A stretch of DNA of 64,000 nucleotides from Patescibacteria group bacterium. Its GTDB lineage: Bacteria > Patescibacteriota > Minisyncoccia > Portnoybacterales > GWB1-42-6. Below the pieces are notes generated by a model that was given only the letters and a program-made list of their open reading frames with translations, searched no databases and was not told the origin of the DNA. The first letter of the stretch is position 1. Each line of letters starts with the position of its first letter. Positions 45,917-55,695 of this stretch are shown here, piece after piece. The position numbers and the translations under genes were made by a program. The DNA is taken from the NCBI GenBank assembly GCA_022709865.1, contig JAKLIA010000001.1, positions 37,593 through 101,592 of the forward strand. Direction: 5' to 3'.

Positions 45917-46540
45917 ATGGGGAAAAAACAAATCTGTATGATTGCTATTTTAGCTGTGGCTATCTTAGCCATTGGCGCGTTGGTTTTTTTGAATCAAAAT
46001 AAGGCAGGGCAGGTGGCTTGCACTATGGAAGCTAAGATTTGCCCGGATGGCTCTTCGGTTGGCCGCGGCGGGCCAAAATGCGAGTTTGCGCCGTGCCCGG
46101 AAGCCAGCCCGGTGCCGTCGGGCTGGGAAACTTTTACGGATGACAAGCTGGGTGTTTCGTTCCAATATCCCGCTAGCTTCTCGACTAAATATATCCAAGC
46201 CTTTGATTGGCCTCCTAAGGTTTCGTTCCAAAATCTTCCTTTTTATTGCGCGGCGGGCGGCAGCGAAATTACCAGAGCCGGCCGGACTGAACCGCGCGTT
46301 ATTGGCAACCACATTTATTGCGTGTCGACTTTAGTTGAGGGCGCGGCCGGTAGCACTTATACCCAATACGCTTATGCTTGGGAAGCGGGCGGCCGAGAAG
46401 TAATTTTTACTTTTTCTACCCGCGCGCCGCAGTGCGCCAACTACGACGACCCCAATAAAACGGAGTGCGAGAACGAGCGGGCCGCTTTTGATATTGATAA
46501 GATTTTTAATTCCATCGCTCAAACTTTAAAGCTCAAATAG
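45917..46540 (+). CDS. Membrane-anchored/secreted Cys-containing hypothetical protein
   Basis: N-terminal TM segment and cysteine-rich region CTMEAKICPDGSSVGRGGPKCEFAPCPE. Confidence 0.4.
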   Translation: MGKKQICMIAILAVAILAIGALVFLNQNKAGQVACTMEAKICPDGSSVGRGGPKCEFAPCPEASPVPSGWETFTDDKLGVSFQYPASFSTKYIQAFDWPPKVSFQNLPFYCAAGGSEITRAGRTEPRVIGNHIYCVSTLVEGAAGSTYTQYAYAWEAGGREVIFTFSTRAPQCANYDDPNKTECENERAAFDIDKIFNSIAQTLKLK

Positions 46541-46567
46541 CCAACGCTAGATGATAAATAAAAGCTA

Positions 46568-47281
46568 TTGATTATTAACAATATGCCTCTTTTGCCGTAT
46601 AAATACGCTTATCTTTTTTGTTGTCTTATCTTGGCGGTTTTTTGGCTTTTGATATTTGCCAGACGGAAAGATTTGCGCCGCGAAATGGTTTGGGCGAGCT
46701 TGGCCGGTTTGCCTTTCGGCATAATTGATTATTTTTTGGTTCCGGCCTATTGGCATCCCGAATCGCTGTTTGGCTTGATGGAAAAATACGGCGTGGGCAT
46801 TGAAAGTTTTCTTTTTCTTTTTTTGATGGCCGGCTTGGTTTCGGTGATATATGAGTTTCTGTCTAACCGAAAGACCAAAAAGATAAACGGCAGCCGCAGC
46901 CGCCATTTGCATCTGCTGCCCTTGCTGCTGGGCGTTATTTGTTTTTTTACTTTAACGTTTCTGTTTCCAAATAAGGCAATATATAATTTTATAGCCGCGG
47001 GCGCCCTTGGCGGGCTGGCGGTGGTTTGGCTGAGGCGGGATCTTTTTAAACAGGCGGCGGCCAGCGCTTTAATTTTTACTTTGTTTTATTTTGGAGTTCT
47101 TCTTTTGGTCAATCAAATCTTTAGCGGCGTGATTGCCAGTGTTTATAATTTTAAAAATATGTGCGGTATTTTAGTTTTAGGAATACCGCTTGAAGAATTG
47201 TTGGCGGCCTTTTTTGCCGGCGGGTCCTGGTCTGTTTTTTATGAATACGTTAAATCGTACCGGGAGGAGAGGCTGGGATAA
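46568..47281 (+). CDS. Polytopic membrane protein, hypothetical
   Basis: 237 aa with about 6 TM helices. Confidence 0.4.
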   Translation: MIINNMPLLPYKYAYLFCCLILAVFWLLIFARRKDLRREMVWASLAGLPFGIIDYFLVPAYWHPESLFGLMEKYGVGIESFLFLFLMAGLVSVIYEFLSNRKTKKINGSRSRHLHLLPLLLGVICFFTLTFLFPNKAIYNFIAAGALGGLAVVWLRRDLFKQAAASALIFTLFYFGVLLLVNQIFSGVIASVYNFKNMCGILVLGIPLEELLAAFFAGGSWSVFYEYVKSYREERLG

Positions 47282-47292
47282 AATATAAAAAT

Positions 47293-47892
47293 ATGGACCA
47301 AAAGAAAAGAGACGATCTGCTTTTGGCGATAAAGGAAGAAGTTATTGCCTGCCAAAAATGCGGGCTTTATAAAACCCGCATTTTGCCGGTGGTGGGGCAG
47401 GGAAATCACAGCGCGCAAATTATGTTCATCGGCGAAGCGCCGGGAGCGAACGAAGATAAAACCGGCGTGCCTTTTTGCGGCAGCGCCGGCCAAATATTAA
47501 ATCAACTTTTAGCCTCGGTGGGCATTAAAAGGGAAGATGTTTATATTGCCAATATTTTAAAAGACCGGCCGCCGGGAAACCGCGAACCGGCTCCGGATGA
47601 AATTAGCGCTTGCACGCCGTATCTTTTGCGGCAAATTGCGATAATTGAACCAAAAATTATCGCCACCTTGGGCAACTACGCGACTCATTTTATTTTAGAA
47701 AAGTTTGGAGTGCCAAATAGCCGCTTGGGCATCAGCCAATTGCGGGGCCAGAAGTTTGCCGTTAGCGACCCGCTTACCAAAAAACCCTATATCATTATTC
47801 CTTTGTACCACCCGGCCGTGGCTATTTATAACCGCCAGCAATTAGACACACTAAAGAACGATTTTAAAATTATCGGAGAGCAGTTGAAATAA
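47293..47892 (+). CDS. Uracil-DNA glycosylase, family 4
   Basis: CQKCGLYKTR...MFIGEAPGANEDKTGVPFCGSAGQ is canonical for family-4 UDG. Confidence 0.85.
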   Translation: MDQKKRDDLLLAIKEEVIACQKCGLYKTRILPVVGQGNHSAQIMFIGEAPGANEDKTGVPFCGSAGQILNQLLASVGIKREDVYIANILKDRPPGNREPAPDEISACTPYLLRQIAIIEPKIIATLGNYATHFILEKFGVPNSRLGISQLRGQKFAVSDPLTKKPYIIIPLYHPAVAIYNRQQLDTLKNDFKIIGEQLK

Positions 47893-47974
47893 AAACCCCT
47901 CTAAAGAGCAGCTTTTTAGCGGGGTTTTTGCTTTAAAACAGGTCAAAATAGGGCAGATTTTGAGAGGCATCATT

Positions 47975-48003
47975 TTGACTTTTGGGCTATTTTAAGCTAA
48001 GAT
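47975..48003 (+). promoter_or_regulatory. Sigma70-like promoter (TTGACT, 17 nt spacer, TAAGAT) 8 nt upstream of the ileS ATG. This predicts a leaderless or near-leaderless transcript.
   Basis: ttgacttttgggctattttaagctaagat. The 13-mer ttaagctaagata recurs upstream of valS. Confidence 0.4.
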
Positions 48004-48011
48004 ATTAAGGT

Positions 48012-50843
48012 ATGAATCTGCCGCAAATTGAAGAAGGTATATTAAAGATTTGGCGTAAAAAGAAGATTTTTGAGAAAAGCTTAAAGAAGAACAAAGGGCA
48101 GGAGCGCTTTGTTTTCTTTGAGGGTCCGCCGACCGCCAACGGCATGCCGGGTTTGCACCATGTGGAAGCCCGCGCTTTTAAAGATGTGTTGCCGCGCTAC
48201 AAAACCATGCAGGGATTTTTGGTTGAGCGCAAAGCCGGCTGGGATACGCATGGCTTGCCGGTGGAAATTGAAGTGGAAAAAGAATTGGGGTTGAAAAGCA
48301 AAACGGATATTGCCAAATACGGTCTGGCTAAGTTCAATAAAAAATGCCGGGAGAATGTTTGGAAATATAAAAGTGAATGGGAGAAAATCACCGAACGCAT
48401 CGCTTTTTGGGTGGATATGAAAGACCCGTATATCACTTATGAGAACGATTATATAGAAAGCGTTTGGTGGATAGTGAAGCAGATATATGATAAGGGGTTG
48501 CTATATAAAGATTATAAAGTGGTGCCTTATTGTCCTCGCTGCGGCACGCCGTTATCTTCCCACGAAGTAGCACAAGGCTATAAAACTGTTAAAGAAAAAT
48601 CAATTTATTTTAAGTTGCCAATAAAAGCCGAACCAGCTTCTTTCTTTTTGGTTTGGACCACGACTCCTTGGACTTTGCCTGCCAACACCGGCATCGCGGT
48701 TGGAGAAAATATCACTTATGTGAAAGTTAAAATGGGTGAAGAAAAATATATTTTGGCCAAAGAAAGATTATCCGTGCTGGACGAGCCTTATGAAATTGAA
48801 AGCGAGTTTTTGGGTGGCACGCTGATCGGCCGGGAATACGATGCGCTTTATGAAACTAAACTTGATAAGCCGGGTTATAAAGTGATTCCGGCGGATTTTG
48901 TTTCTACGACCGACGGCACAGGCATTGTGCATATTGCTCCGGCCTTTGGCGTGGAAGATATGGAAGCGGGCCGGGCGCATGATTTGCCGGTTTTAATGAC
49001 GGTGGATGAAGCCGGGAACTTTAAAGAAGAGTTTAGCCAATGGGCGGGAAAGTTCGTTAAAGACGCGGACCCAGAGATTGTCGCGGATTTGAAAAAGCGC
49101 AAACTATTATATAAGGATGAAATGTATGAGCACGAATATCCGTTTTGCTGGCGGTGCCAAACGCCGTTGCTCTATTATGCTAAGACCTCATGGTTCATTA
49201 AAATGACGGCGCTGAAAGAACAGCTTTTGGCTAATAACGAGCAGATAAATTGGGTGCCGGATTATTTAAAACAAGGGAGATTTGGCGAGTGGTTGAGAGA
49301 AGTTAAGGATTGGACGCTGTCGCGCGATCGATTCTGGGGCACGCCCTTGCCGGTCTGGGAATGCGCCAAATGCCGCGAAATAAAAGTGGTGGGTAGCGTT
49401 AAGGAGTTTAAAAAGAAATTAAAAGACCTGCATAAGCCTTTTATTGATGAAGTGCTATTTGAATGCCCCAAGTGCGGCGGGGAAATGCACCGAGTGAGCG
49501 AAGTGATGGATTGCTGGTTTGATTCTGGCTCCATGCCTTATGCCCAATGGCATTATCCGTTTGCTAATAAAAATAAAATTGATGAAGGCGAAGCTTTTCC
49601 GGCTGATTTTATTTGCGAGGCTATCGACCAGACTCGCGGCTGGTTTTATACGCTCCTGGCTATTTCGACTTTACTTGGCAAAGGGCCGGCATATAAAAAT
49701 GTGATTTCTTTAGGCCATGTGTTGGATGCCAAAGGGCTTAAAATGAGCAAATCAAAAGGCAATATTATTGAGCCGATGGCGGTGATCAATGAGTTTGGCG
49801 CTGATACCGCCAGATGGTATTTGTATACCGTTAACCAAGCCGGCGACCCCAAGAGATTCGATATTAAAGATATTAAGGATAAATATAATCGGTTCTTTGG
49901 CACGCTTTACAATACTTATATTTTCTTTAAGACCTACACGGATAAAAGCTTTAAGCCGCAAAAATCATTTACGCCAAAAAATGTTTTGGATAAGTGGATC
50001 CTTTCTTTGCTTAATTCTTTGATAGCTGAAGTGTCGGGGAGTTTGGATAAATACGATGTGGTGGCTGCGGCCCGGGCAATCGAAGATTTTGTGGGCGAGC
50101 TTTCTAATTGGTTCGTGCGCCGTTCGCGCCGCCGGTTCCAGAAGCCCGAAAATAAAACCGAAAAGAATGAAGCCAGCCAGACTTTATATTGGGTGATGCT
50201 GGCTTTAGCAAAATTAGCAGCGCCGTTCATTCCGTTCCTGGCCGAGGAGATGTATTTGGGGCTGAAAAAATCAAAGATGGCCGAATCTGTTCATTTGTCT
50301 GATTGGCCGGTGGCGGATAAAGAATTAATTAATGAAGCCTTGGAAGAGAAGATGGCTAAAGCGAGAGAGATCGTCGTTTTGGCTTTGGCGCAACGCGCCA
50401 GCGCTGCTTTAAAAGTCCGCCAGCCCTTGGCAACGCTGAAAGTGAAAAATAAAAACGCCAAATTAAAAACAGATAAAGAATTGCTGGAAATCATTAAAGA
50501 AGAGGTGAACGTCAAAGAAATAATTTTTGATGATTCGATCAAGGAAGAAGTTTGGCTGGATAAAAAACTTACCAAAGAATTGAGAGAAGAGGGTTTGGCG
50601 CGGGAACTGGCGCGGCAGATCCAAGATATGCGCAAAGAGGCGGGGCTCACACGCAAAGACACGATTATTATCGCCTGGCACAGCAGTGATAAATCTTTAG
50701 TTGCTTTGATGGCTAATTGGGCCAAGTATTTCCAAAAAGAAAATCTGGCGCGAGAAATTATGGCTTACGATAAGAATGAGAAATATCTTTTGGAAAAAGA
50801 TATTAAGTTGGAAGAGGGGAAGATTAAAATAACGATTAGGTAG
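48012..50843 (+). CDS. ileS: Isoleucine--tRNA ligase
   Basis: HIGH-region variant PPTANGMPGLHHV, KMSKSKGN, and zinc-binding CxxC pairs. 943 aa. Confidence 0.9.
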   Translation: MNLPQIEEGILKIWRKKKIFEKSLKKNKGQERFVFFEGPPTANGMPGLHHVEARAFKDVLPRYKTMQGFLVERKAGWDTHGLPVEIEVEKELGLKSKTDIAKYGLAKFNKKCRENVWKYKSEWEKITERIAFWVDMKDPYITYENDYIESVWWIVKQIYDKGLLYKDYKVVPYCPRCGTPLSSHEVAQGYKTVKEKSIYFKLPIKAEPASFFLVWTTTPWTLPANTGIAVGENITYVKVKMGEEKYILAKERLSVLDEPYEIESEFLGGTLIGREYDALYETKLDKPGYKVIPADFVSTTDGTGIVHIAPAFGVEDMEAGRAHDLPVLMTVDEAGNFKEEFSQWAGKFVKDADPEIVADLKKRKLLYKDEMYEHEYPFCWRCQTPLLYYAKTSWFIKMTALKEQLLANNEQINWVPDYLKQGRFGEWLREVKDWTLSRDRFWGTPLPVWECAKCREIKVVGSVKEFKKKLKDLHKPFIDEVLFECPKCGGEMHRVSEVMDCWFDSGSMPYAQWHYPFANKNKIDEGEAFPADFICEAIDQTRGWFYTLLAISTLLGKGPAYKNVISLGHVLDAKGLKMSKSKGNIIEPMAVINEFGADTARWYLYTVNQAGDPKRFDIKDIKDKYNRFFGTLYNTYIFFKTYTDKSFKPQKSFTPKNVLDKWILSLLNSLIAEVSGSLDKYDVVAAARAIEDFVGELSNWFVRRSRRRFQKPENKTEKNEASQTLYWVMLALAKLAAPFIPFLAEEMYLGLKKSKMAESVHLSDWPVADKELINEALEEKMAKAREIVVLALAQRASAALKVRQPLATLKVKNKNAKLKTDKELLEIIKEEVNVKEIIFDDSIKEEVWLDKKLTKELREEGLARELARQIQDMRKEAGLTRKDTIIIAWHSSDKSLVALMANWAKYFQKENLAREIMAYDKNEKYLLEKDIKLEEGKIKITIR

Positions 50844-50862
50844 CTTTTGCCGCTTTTTTGGC

Positions 50863-51426
50863 ATGAATAAACTTCCTGTCTATAAAACCGAAGGCATAAT
50901 TTTAGGATCAGCCGACTGGGGAGACCTGGATCGGCTTTTAACTATCTACACGCGGGGCTACGGCAAGATTCAGGTGCGCGCGATTTCCGCGCGTAAAAAA
51001 GAATCAAAGCTGAATGGCCGGCTGCAAAGTTTCACTTTTGGCCAATTTTTATTGGCGAAAAGCAAAACCATTGATATTGTCACGGATTTGGAAGTGATAA
51101 ACAGTTATCAATATTTGCATGCTAATTTGGAAAGCTTGGGCTATGCTTGGTATTTTGCCGAGTTGGTTGATAAATTGCTCCTTATGCCCGAGCGCGACGA
51201 AAATGTTTGGCGGCTAGTGAGTCGTGTTTTTGAAGTGCTAGATCAAAAGAGAAGCGATTTGCCCAAAATTAAAATTGCTTTTGAAGATAAGCTAGTGGAG
51301 TTCTTGGGCTATCCTTCGCTAAAGCTACGGACAGCAAGCCATCCTACAGAGATTCAGAGGTTAAATTATTTGCAAAGTTTGGCCGGGGAGCACATAAACG
51401 CGCAAAAGTTTTTGGCGCAGATATAG
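50863..51426 (+). CDS. recO: DNA repair protein RecO
   Basis: N-terminal OB fold EGIILGSADWGDLDRLLTIYTRGYGKIQVRA and overall length. Confidence 0.65.
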   Translation: MNKLPVYKTEGIILGSADWGDLDRLLTIYTRGYGKIQVRAISARKKESKLNGRLQSFTFGQFLLAKSKTIDIVTDLEVINSYQYLHANLESLGYAWYFAELVDKLLLMPERDENVWRLVSRVFEVLDQKRSDLPKIKIAFEDKLVEFLGYPSLKLRTASHPTEIQRLNYLQSLAGEHINAQKFLAQI

Positions 51427-51447
51427 TTTTATTATAGAAAATAAAAT

Positions 51448-51469
51448 CCCGTCAGTCGCGACTGACGGG
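51448..51469. repeat. Perfect 22 bp palindrome CCCGTCAGTCGCGACTGACGGG, copy 2 of 2
   Basis: Identical core to 12500-12520. Immediately followed by a terminator hairpin. Confidence 0.6.
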
Positions 51470-51471
51470 AT

Positions 51472-51494
51472 AAAAAAGCCCCATTGGGGCTTTT
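51472..51494. terminator. Bidirectional terminator between convergent genes
   Basis: aaaaaagcccc att ggggctttt. Confidence 0.7.
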
Positions 51495-51498
51495 GTGT

Positions 51499-51774
51499 TT
51501 AAAATTGACTGTTGTGTATTTTTAAGTCGTAGATGGAATATACGCCGTTTTGCCAGAGGCAAGCTTGGATAAAGCCAAACCACCGTTCAGCCTTGTCGTG
51601 TTGGCTTTCTTTTAAAAAAATAGGGACTTGCTCAATCATTGCCTGGCAATGGGCCAGAGCTTCGGTTTTATTGGGGGTTAAAGCACGTTCTGGGAATTGT
51701 TTGCTTGGAATATTTAATTCCTCTAATTTTTTCTGGTAGGCCAATAGATTCAGCAATATCTTATCGTCGGTCAT
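51499..51774 (-). CDS. Hypothetical protein, 91 aa
   Basis: Convergent with recO. No confident domain. Confidence 0.35.
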   Translation of the reverse strand: MTDDKILLNLLAYQKKLEELNIPSKQFPERALTPNKTEALAHCQAMIEQVPIFLKESQHDKAERWFGFIQACLWQNGVYSIYDLKIHNSQF

Positions 51775-51808
51775 TTTTCTCCTCCATTCTTATTTTATTT
51801 TTTAGGGA

Positions 51809-53056
51809 CTATTTTAATTTTTTTATCGCTTCGGTAATTTTTATCAGCTTGGCGTTTTGGTTATCGTCAGTGCGTTTTTTAAATTCTAAAGATTTTTCTT
51901 TTAAAGTTTTAGCCGAGATGACCAGGCGCCAAGGCAAACCAATAAGGTCCGCTTCGGCAAACTTTTGGCCGGCTGGTAAACTCCGGTCATCGTATAAAAC
52001 TTCCAGTTTGTTGTCAATTAATTCTTCATAAAGAGTATCAGCGGCAGCTTTTACTTCTTCGTCATCTCCCAGAACTAATAAATGGTATTTATATGGCGCG
52101 ACTGATTCCGGCCAGATAAGGCCTTTTTCGTCGTGGCTGATTTCGGCGATGGTGCCCATTAAGCGGCTCGGACCGATGCCATAGCACCCCATAATGACAG
52201 GTTGCTCCTGGCCCTTCTCATCTTTAAAAGTTAATTCAAAAGGTACGGAATATTTAGTGCCCAGCTTAAAGATGTTGCCAACTTCAATGGCCTTAGCTTC
52301 ATCAAAGCCCATGCCGTTGCAAGTGGGGCAGGCAGGAGTTTCATTCATTATTTCCTTGTTGATAGCTAGCTTTTTGCAATTGTTGCAAATAAAAATGGTG
52401 TCTTCACCGGCCGGGGAAACGGTTTGGAACTCATGGGAATATTTAGAAAAAGAACCGCCCGAAGCCGCAGTTAAATAGGTGGCCTCTCCTAATCCGCAGC
52501 GGTCAAAGATTTTAAAATAAGCTTGTGTGGCTTGCTGGTAATATTTATCTAGGTCTACTTGATTGGCATGGAAAGAATAAAGGTCCTTCATGGAAAACTC
52601 GCGGCCGCGCAGGAGGCCGGACTTAGCGCGCGGCTCATTCCGGAACTTAGTTTGGATCTGAAATAGGGCAAAAGGCAGGTCTTTGTATGACAAGACGATT
52701 TTTTTGGCCAGAGGAGAAACTATTTCTTCATGAGTGGAGCCGAGTGCAAAATCTTTATCGCCCACGCCTTTTAATTTGAAGAGCACGTCTAAAGAATCCC
52801 AGCGGCCGGTTTTCGCCCAATTTTCTTTGGGCTGCAAAGCGGGCATGAGGATTTCCTGCGCTCCCAGCGCTTCCATTTCTTCGCGAATGATATTCTCGAT
52901 TTTCCGCAACGTTCGCAAGCCCAGCGGCAGGAAGCTATAAATGCCGGCGGCTAGCTTATCAATAAAGCCGGCGCGGGTCAGCAAGATCGCGTTAACGCTT
53001 TCCTCGTCCTTGGGGGCTTCTTTTAAGGTTTTTATAGCCAAAATCGATTGTTTCAT
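51809..53056 (-). CDS. proS: Proline--tRNA ligase, compact form lacking the editing insertion
   Basis: LTRAGFIDKLAAGIYSFLPLGLRTLRKIENIIREEM matches the ProRS N-terminus. Class II motifs present. At 415 aa it lacks the bacterial INS domain. Confidence 0.75.
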   Translation of the reverse strand: MKQSILAIKTLKEAPKDEESVNAILLTRAGFIDKLAAGIYSFLPLGLRTLRKIENIIREEMEALGAQEILMPALQPKENWAKTGRWDSLDVLFKLKGVGDKDFALGSTHEEIVSPLAKKIVLSYKDLPFALFQIQTKFRNEPRAKSGLLRGREFSMKDLYSFHANQVDLDKYYQQATQAYFKIFDRCGLGEATYLTAASGGSFSKYSHEFQTVSPAGEDTIFICNNCKKLAINKEIMNETPACPTCNGMGFDEAKAIEVGNIFKLGTKYSVPFELTFKDEKGQEQPVIMGCYGIGPSRLMGTIAEISHDEKGLIWPESVAPYKYHLLVLGDDEEVKAAADTLYEELIDNKLEVLYDDRSLPAGQKFAEADLIGLPWRLVISAKTLKEKSLEFKKRTDDNQNAKLIKITEAIKKLK

Positions 53057-53087
53057 GGTAGTTTAAATATAACTTAAAGTCTTTTTT

Positions 53088-53402
53088 TTGACAAATATGC
53101 AATCTAAGAAGTTTCAACGGAAAATCGAAGATTTTGTTTGCTTGCATTGCGGAGCAAAAGTAGCAGGCACAGGCTACACCGACCACTGCCCCAAGTGCTT
53201 GTGGTCCTTGCACGTTGATATAAATCCGGGCGACCGAGCGGCAGAGTGCCGCGGATTTATGGAACCAATGGGCCTGGAAATAAAATCAGGGGAGAAGATA
53301 ATCCATTATCAGTGCCAAAAGTGCGGATTTAAACATCGGGTAAAAGCGGGAGAAGATGACAATTTTGAGGCGATATTGGAATTGACCGGAAGAGGGATTT
53401 AA
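53088..53402 (+). CDS. RNHCP-domain zinc-ribbon protein
   Basis: FVCLHCGAKV...DHCPKCLWSLHVD...CQKCGF. Confidence 0.55.
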   Translation: MTNMQSKKFQRKIEDFVCLHCGAKVAGTGYTDHCPKCLWSLHVDINPGDRAAECRGFMEPMGLEIKSGEKIIHYQCQKCGFKHRVKAGEDDNFEAILELTGRGI

Positions 53403-53418
53403 ACTAGAATAAAATCAT

Positions 53419-54660
53419 ATGGAAAGAGTCTTTTCGGGTGTTCAGCCAAGCGGAGTGCTGCATCTGGGCAATTATTTGGGCGCGATAAAAAATTGGTTAG
53501 ATCTGCAAAATGACTACCAATGCATTTTTTGCGTGGTGGATCTGCACGCCATTACCGTTCCGCAAGACCCAAAGGAATTGCTGAAAAAAACCATGGAAGT
53601 GGCTAAGATATATTTGGCGGCGGGGATAGATCCTAAAAAATCTATAATCTTTGTTCAGTCGCACATCAAAGAGCATGTGGAGCTAGCTTGGCTATTAAAC
53701 ACCATAACAAAAATCTCTGAGCTGGAAAAAATGACACAGTTTAAAGAAAAAACAGGAATTGCAAGTATTAAAAAAATTCACGACGAAGTTCTAGAAAGAA
53801 TGAGAGGGTTAGCAAAAACTAAGTCTAGTCTTGATAAAGAAATACTAGCTCTAGAGAATCTTAGTAATAGAATGGCTAACGATAATCAAGAAACTCATAA
53901 TTGGTCAAAAGAAGTTATTTCTATTTTGTCTGGGCTCGGAAAGATAATAAACATAGAGATTGAAGAAAAAAATATTCTCGCAGATTCTTTCAAAAACTAT
54001 ATGAGAATTAATGAACAGTATGCTGCGCAGGAAAAGGCGGGTGTTGGCCTTTTTGATTACCCCGTTTTAATGGCAGCAGATATTTTGCTTTATCAAACTG
54101 CTGTCGTGCCGGTGGGGGAAGACCAAGTGCAGCATATTGAGCTGGCGCGGGATCTAGCGCAGCGTTTCAATAATAAGTTTGGCGAGGTATTTGTGGTGCC
54201 CAAGCCCTTGGTGCGCAAGGAAGGAGCCCGGATTATGGGGTTGGACGACCCAACTAAAAAAATGTCCAAGAGCGCTCCCAGTGCGCATAATTATATCGCT
54301 CTAACCGATTCACCGGCGCTTATCAGGGAGAAAATAAAAAAAGCCGTGACGGATTCTGGTAAAGAAATTAAATATGAGCCGGAGAAACCAGCGTTGTCTA
54401 ATTTACTTACTATTTATTCTTTGCTGACAGACAAACCGGTAGTGGATTTGGAATTAAAATATAAAAATAAAAGTTACGCTGATTTTAAAAATGACCTGGC
54501 GGAAGTGGTAGTTGATTTTCTGGGGCCATTCCAGAAAAGATATAACGCGCTGGATGATAATGAGGTTTTACAGATTTTGCATGATGGCGCATCCCAAGTG
54601 CAAACTATCGCCCAAGAAACAATGGCTAAAGTTAAAAAAGCTATGGGCTTAATTTCTTAA
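53419..54660 (+). CDS. trpS: Tryptophan--tRNA ligase carrying an in-frame insertion of about 90 aa
   Basis: GVQPSGVLHLGNYLG (HIGH), MTQFKEKTG, then inserted AT-rich segment, then GLFDYPVLMAADILLYQ, then KMSKS. 413 aa versus about 330 typical. Confidence 0.85.
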   Translation: MERVFSGVQPSGVLHLGNYLGAIKNWLDLQNDYQCIFCVVDLHAITVPQDPKELLKKTMEVAKIYLAAGIDPKKSIIFVQSHIKEHVELAWLLNTITKISELEKMTQFKEKTGIASIKKIHDEVLERMRGLAKTKSSLDKEILALENLSNRMANDNQETHNWSKEVISILSGLGKIINIEIEEKNILADSFKNYMRINEQYAAQEKAGVGLFDYPVLMAADILLYQTAVVPVGEDQVQHIELARDLAQRFNNKFGEVFVVPKPLVRKEGARIMGLDDPTKKMSKSAPSAHNYIALTDSPALIREKIKKAVTDSGKEIKYEPEKPALSNLLTIYSLLTDKPVVDLELKYKNKSYADFKNDLAEVVVDFLGPFQKRYNALDDNEVLQILHDGASQVQTIAQETMAKVKKAMGLIS

Positions 54661-54666
54661 TTTTTT

Positions 54667-55695
54667 ATGGAGCTAAAAGACATTTTATCCCAATTTAAAG
54701 ATGACCTGAAAAAGATAGATTCGCTTGATGCTTTAGAATTGATGCGTTTTAAATATGTTGGCAAGAAAAGCTTAATCGCCGAGGCCCTGGAAGAAATCGC
54801 TAAGCTATCGATCGAAGAAAAAAAGGCGCTAGGCAAAAAGATCAACGAAGCTAAGCAGGAGATCAAGGAAAAGATCAACGAGTTGCAGGCAGGCTTATCT
54901 GGCGCAAAAAGTGAAAGCGCTCAGGATTTGTTTTATAAAACTTTGCCCGGAAAAAAACCAGCTGCCGGGCACTTGCATATTATTTCGCAGGCCATCGAAG
55001 AGATCGTGGATATTTTTAAGCCTCTGGGGTTCACCCGGGTGCGGCACCCGGAAATTGATTGGGAGCATTTTGCGTTCGAAGCTTTAAATATTCCTTCAAC
55101 TCATCCGGCGCGCGATGAATGGGAAACTTTTTTTATTGATGCCTTGCCGGATAAAAAATATGGCCGGCAAGTGATAACGCCTCATACTTCCAACGGCCAG
55201 GTGCATGAGATGCTAAGGGGCCAGCTGCCGATCCGGATGCTGGGCATTTCGCGTTGCGGGAGGCGCCAAGAAGACATCAACCATTTGCAAACTTTTTTCC
55301 AATTTGAGGGTTTGGCGGTGGATAAGGGAATAAATATCACGCATTTGAAAGGCACCTTGGACTATTTTGCTAAGAACTTTTTTGGTCCGGGCCGAGAAAC
55401 TCGCTTGCGCCCCTATGATTTTCGTTTTACCGAGCCAAGCTTTGAAGTGGATATAAATTGCGGCTTATGTTTGGGGAAGGGTTGCAAGTTCTGCAAAGAA
55501 GGCTGGGTGGAACTAGGGGGAGCCGGCATGGTGCACCCGAATGTTTTGCGAGCCGGGAAGATAGATCCAAATATTTACACCGGTTTTGCTTTTGGCTTTG
55601 GAGTGGAGCGCACTTATATGATGAAAAGCGGCACCAAGATAGACGATATCCGGCATTTGTTAAATAACGATTTAAGATTTTTAGAGCAATTCTAA
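54667..55695 (+). CDS. pheS: Phenylalanine--tRNA ligase alpha subunit
   Basis: Class II motifs including FRFTEPSFEVD and GAGMVHPNVL...GFAFGFGVERTYM. Confidence 0.9.
   Translation: MELKDILSQFKDDLKKIDSLDALELMRFKYVGKKSLIAEALEEIAKLSIEEKKALGKKINEAKQEIKEKINELQAGLSGAKSESAQDLFYKTLPGKKPAAGHLHIISQAIEEIVDIFKPLGFTRVRHPEIDWEHFAFEALNIPSTHPARDEWETFFIDALPDKKYGRQVITPHTSNGQVHEMLRGQLPIRMLGISRCGRRQEDINHLQTFFQFEGLAVDKGINITHLKGTLDYFAKNFFGPGRETRLRPYDFRFTEPSFEVDINCGLCLGKGCKFCKEGWVELGGAGMVHPNVLRAGKIDPNIYTGFAFGFGVERTYMMKSGTKIDDIRHLLNNDLRFLEQF

Noticed and set aside
50291..50725. 144 aa minus-strand ORF inside ileS
   Set aside because: Antisense artefact. IleRS is unambiguous on the plus strand.
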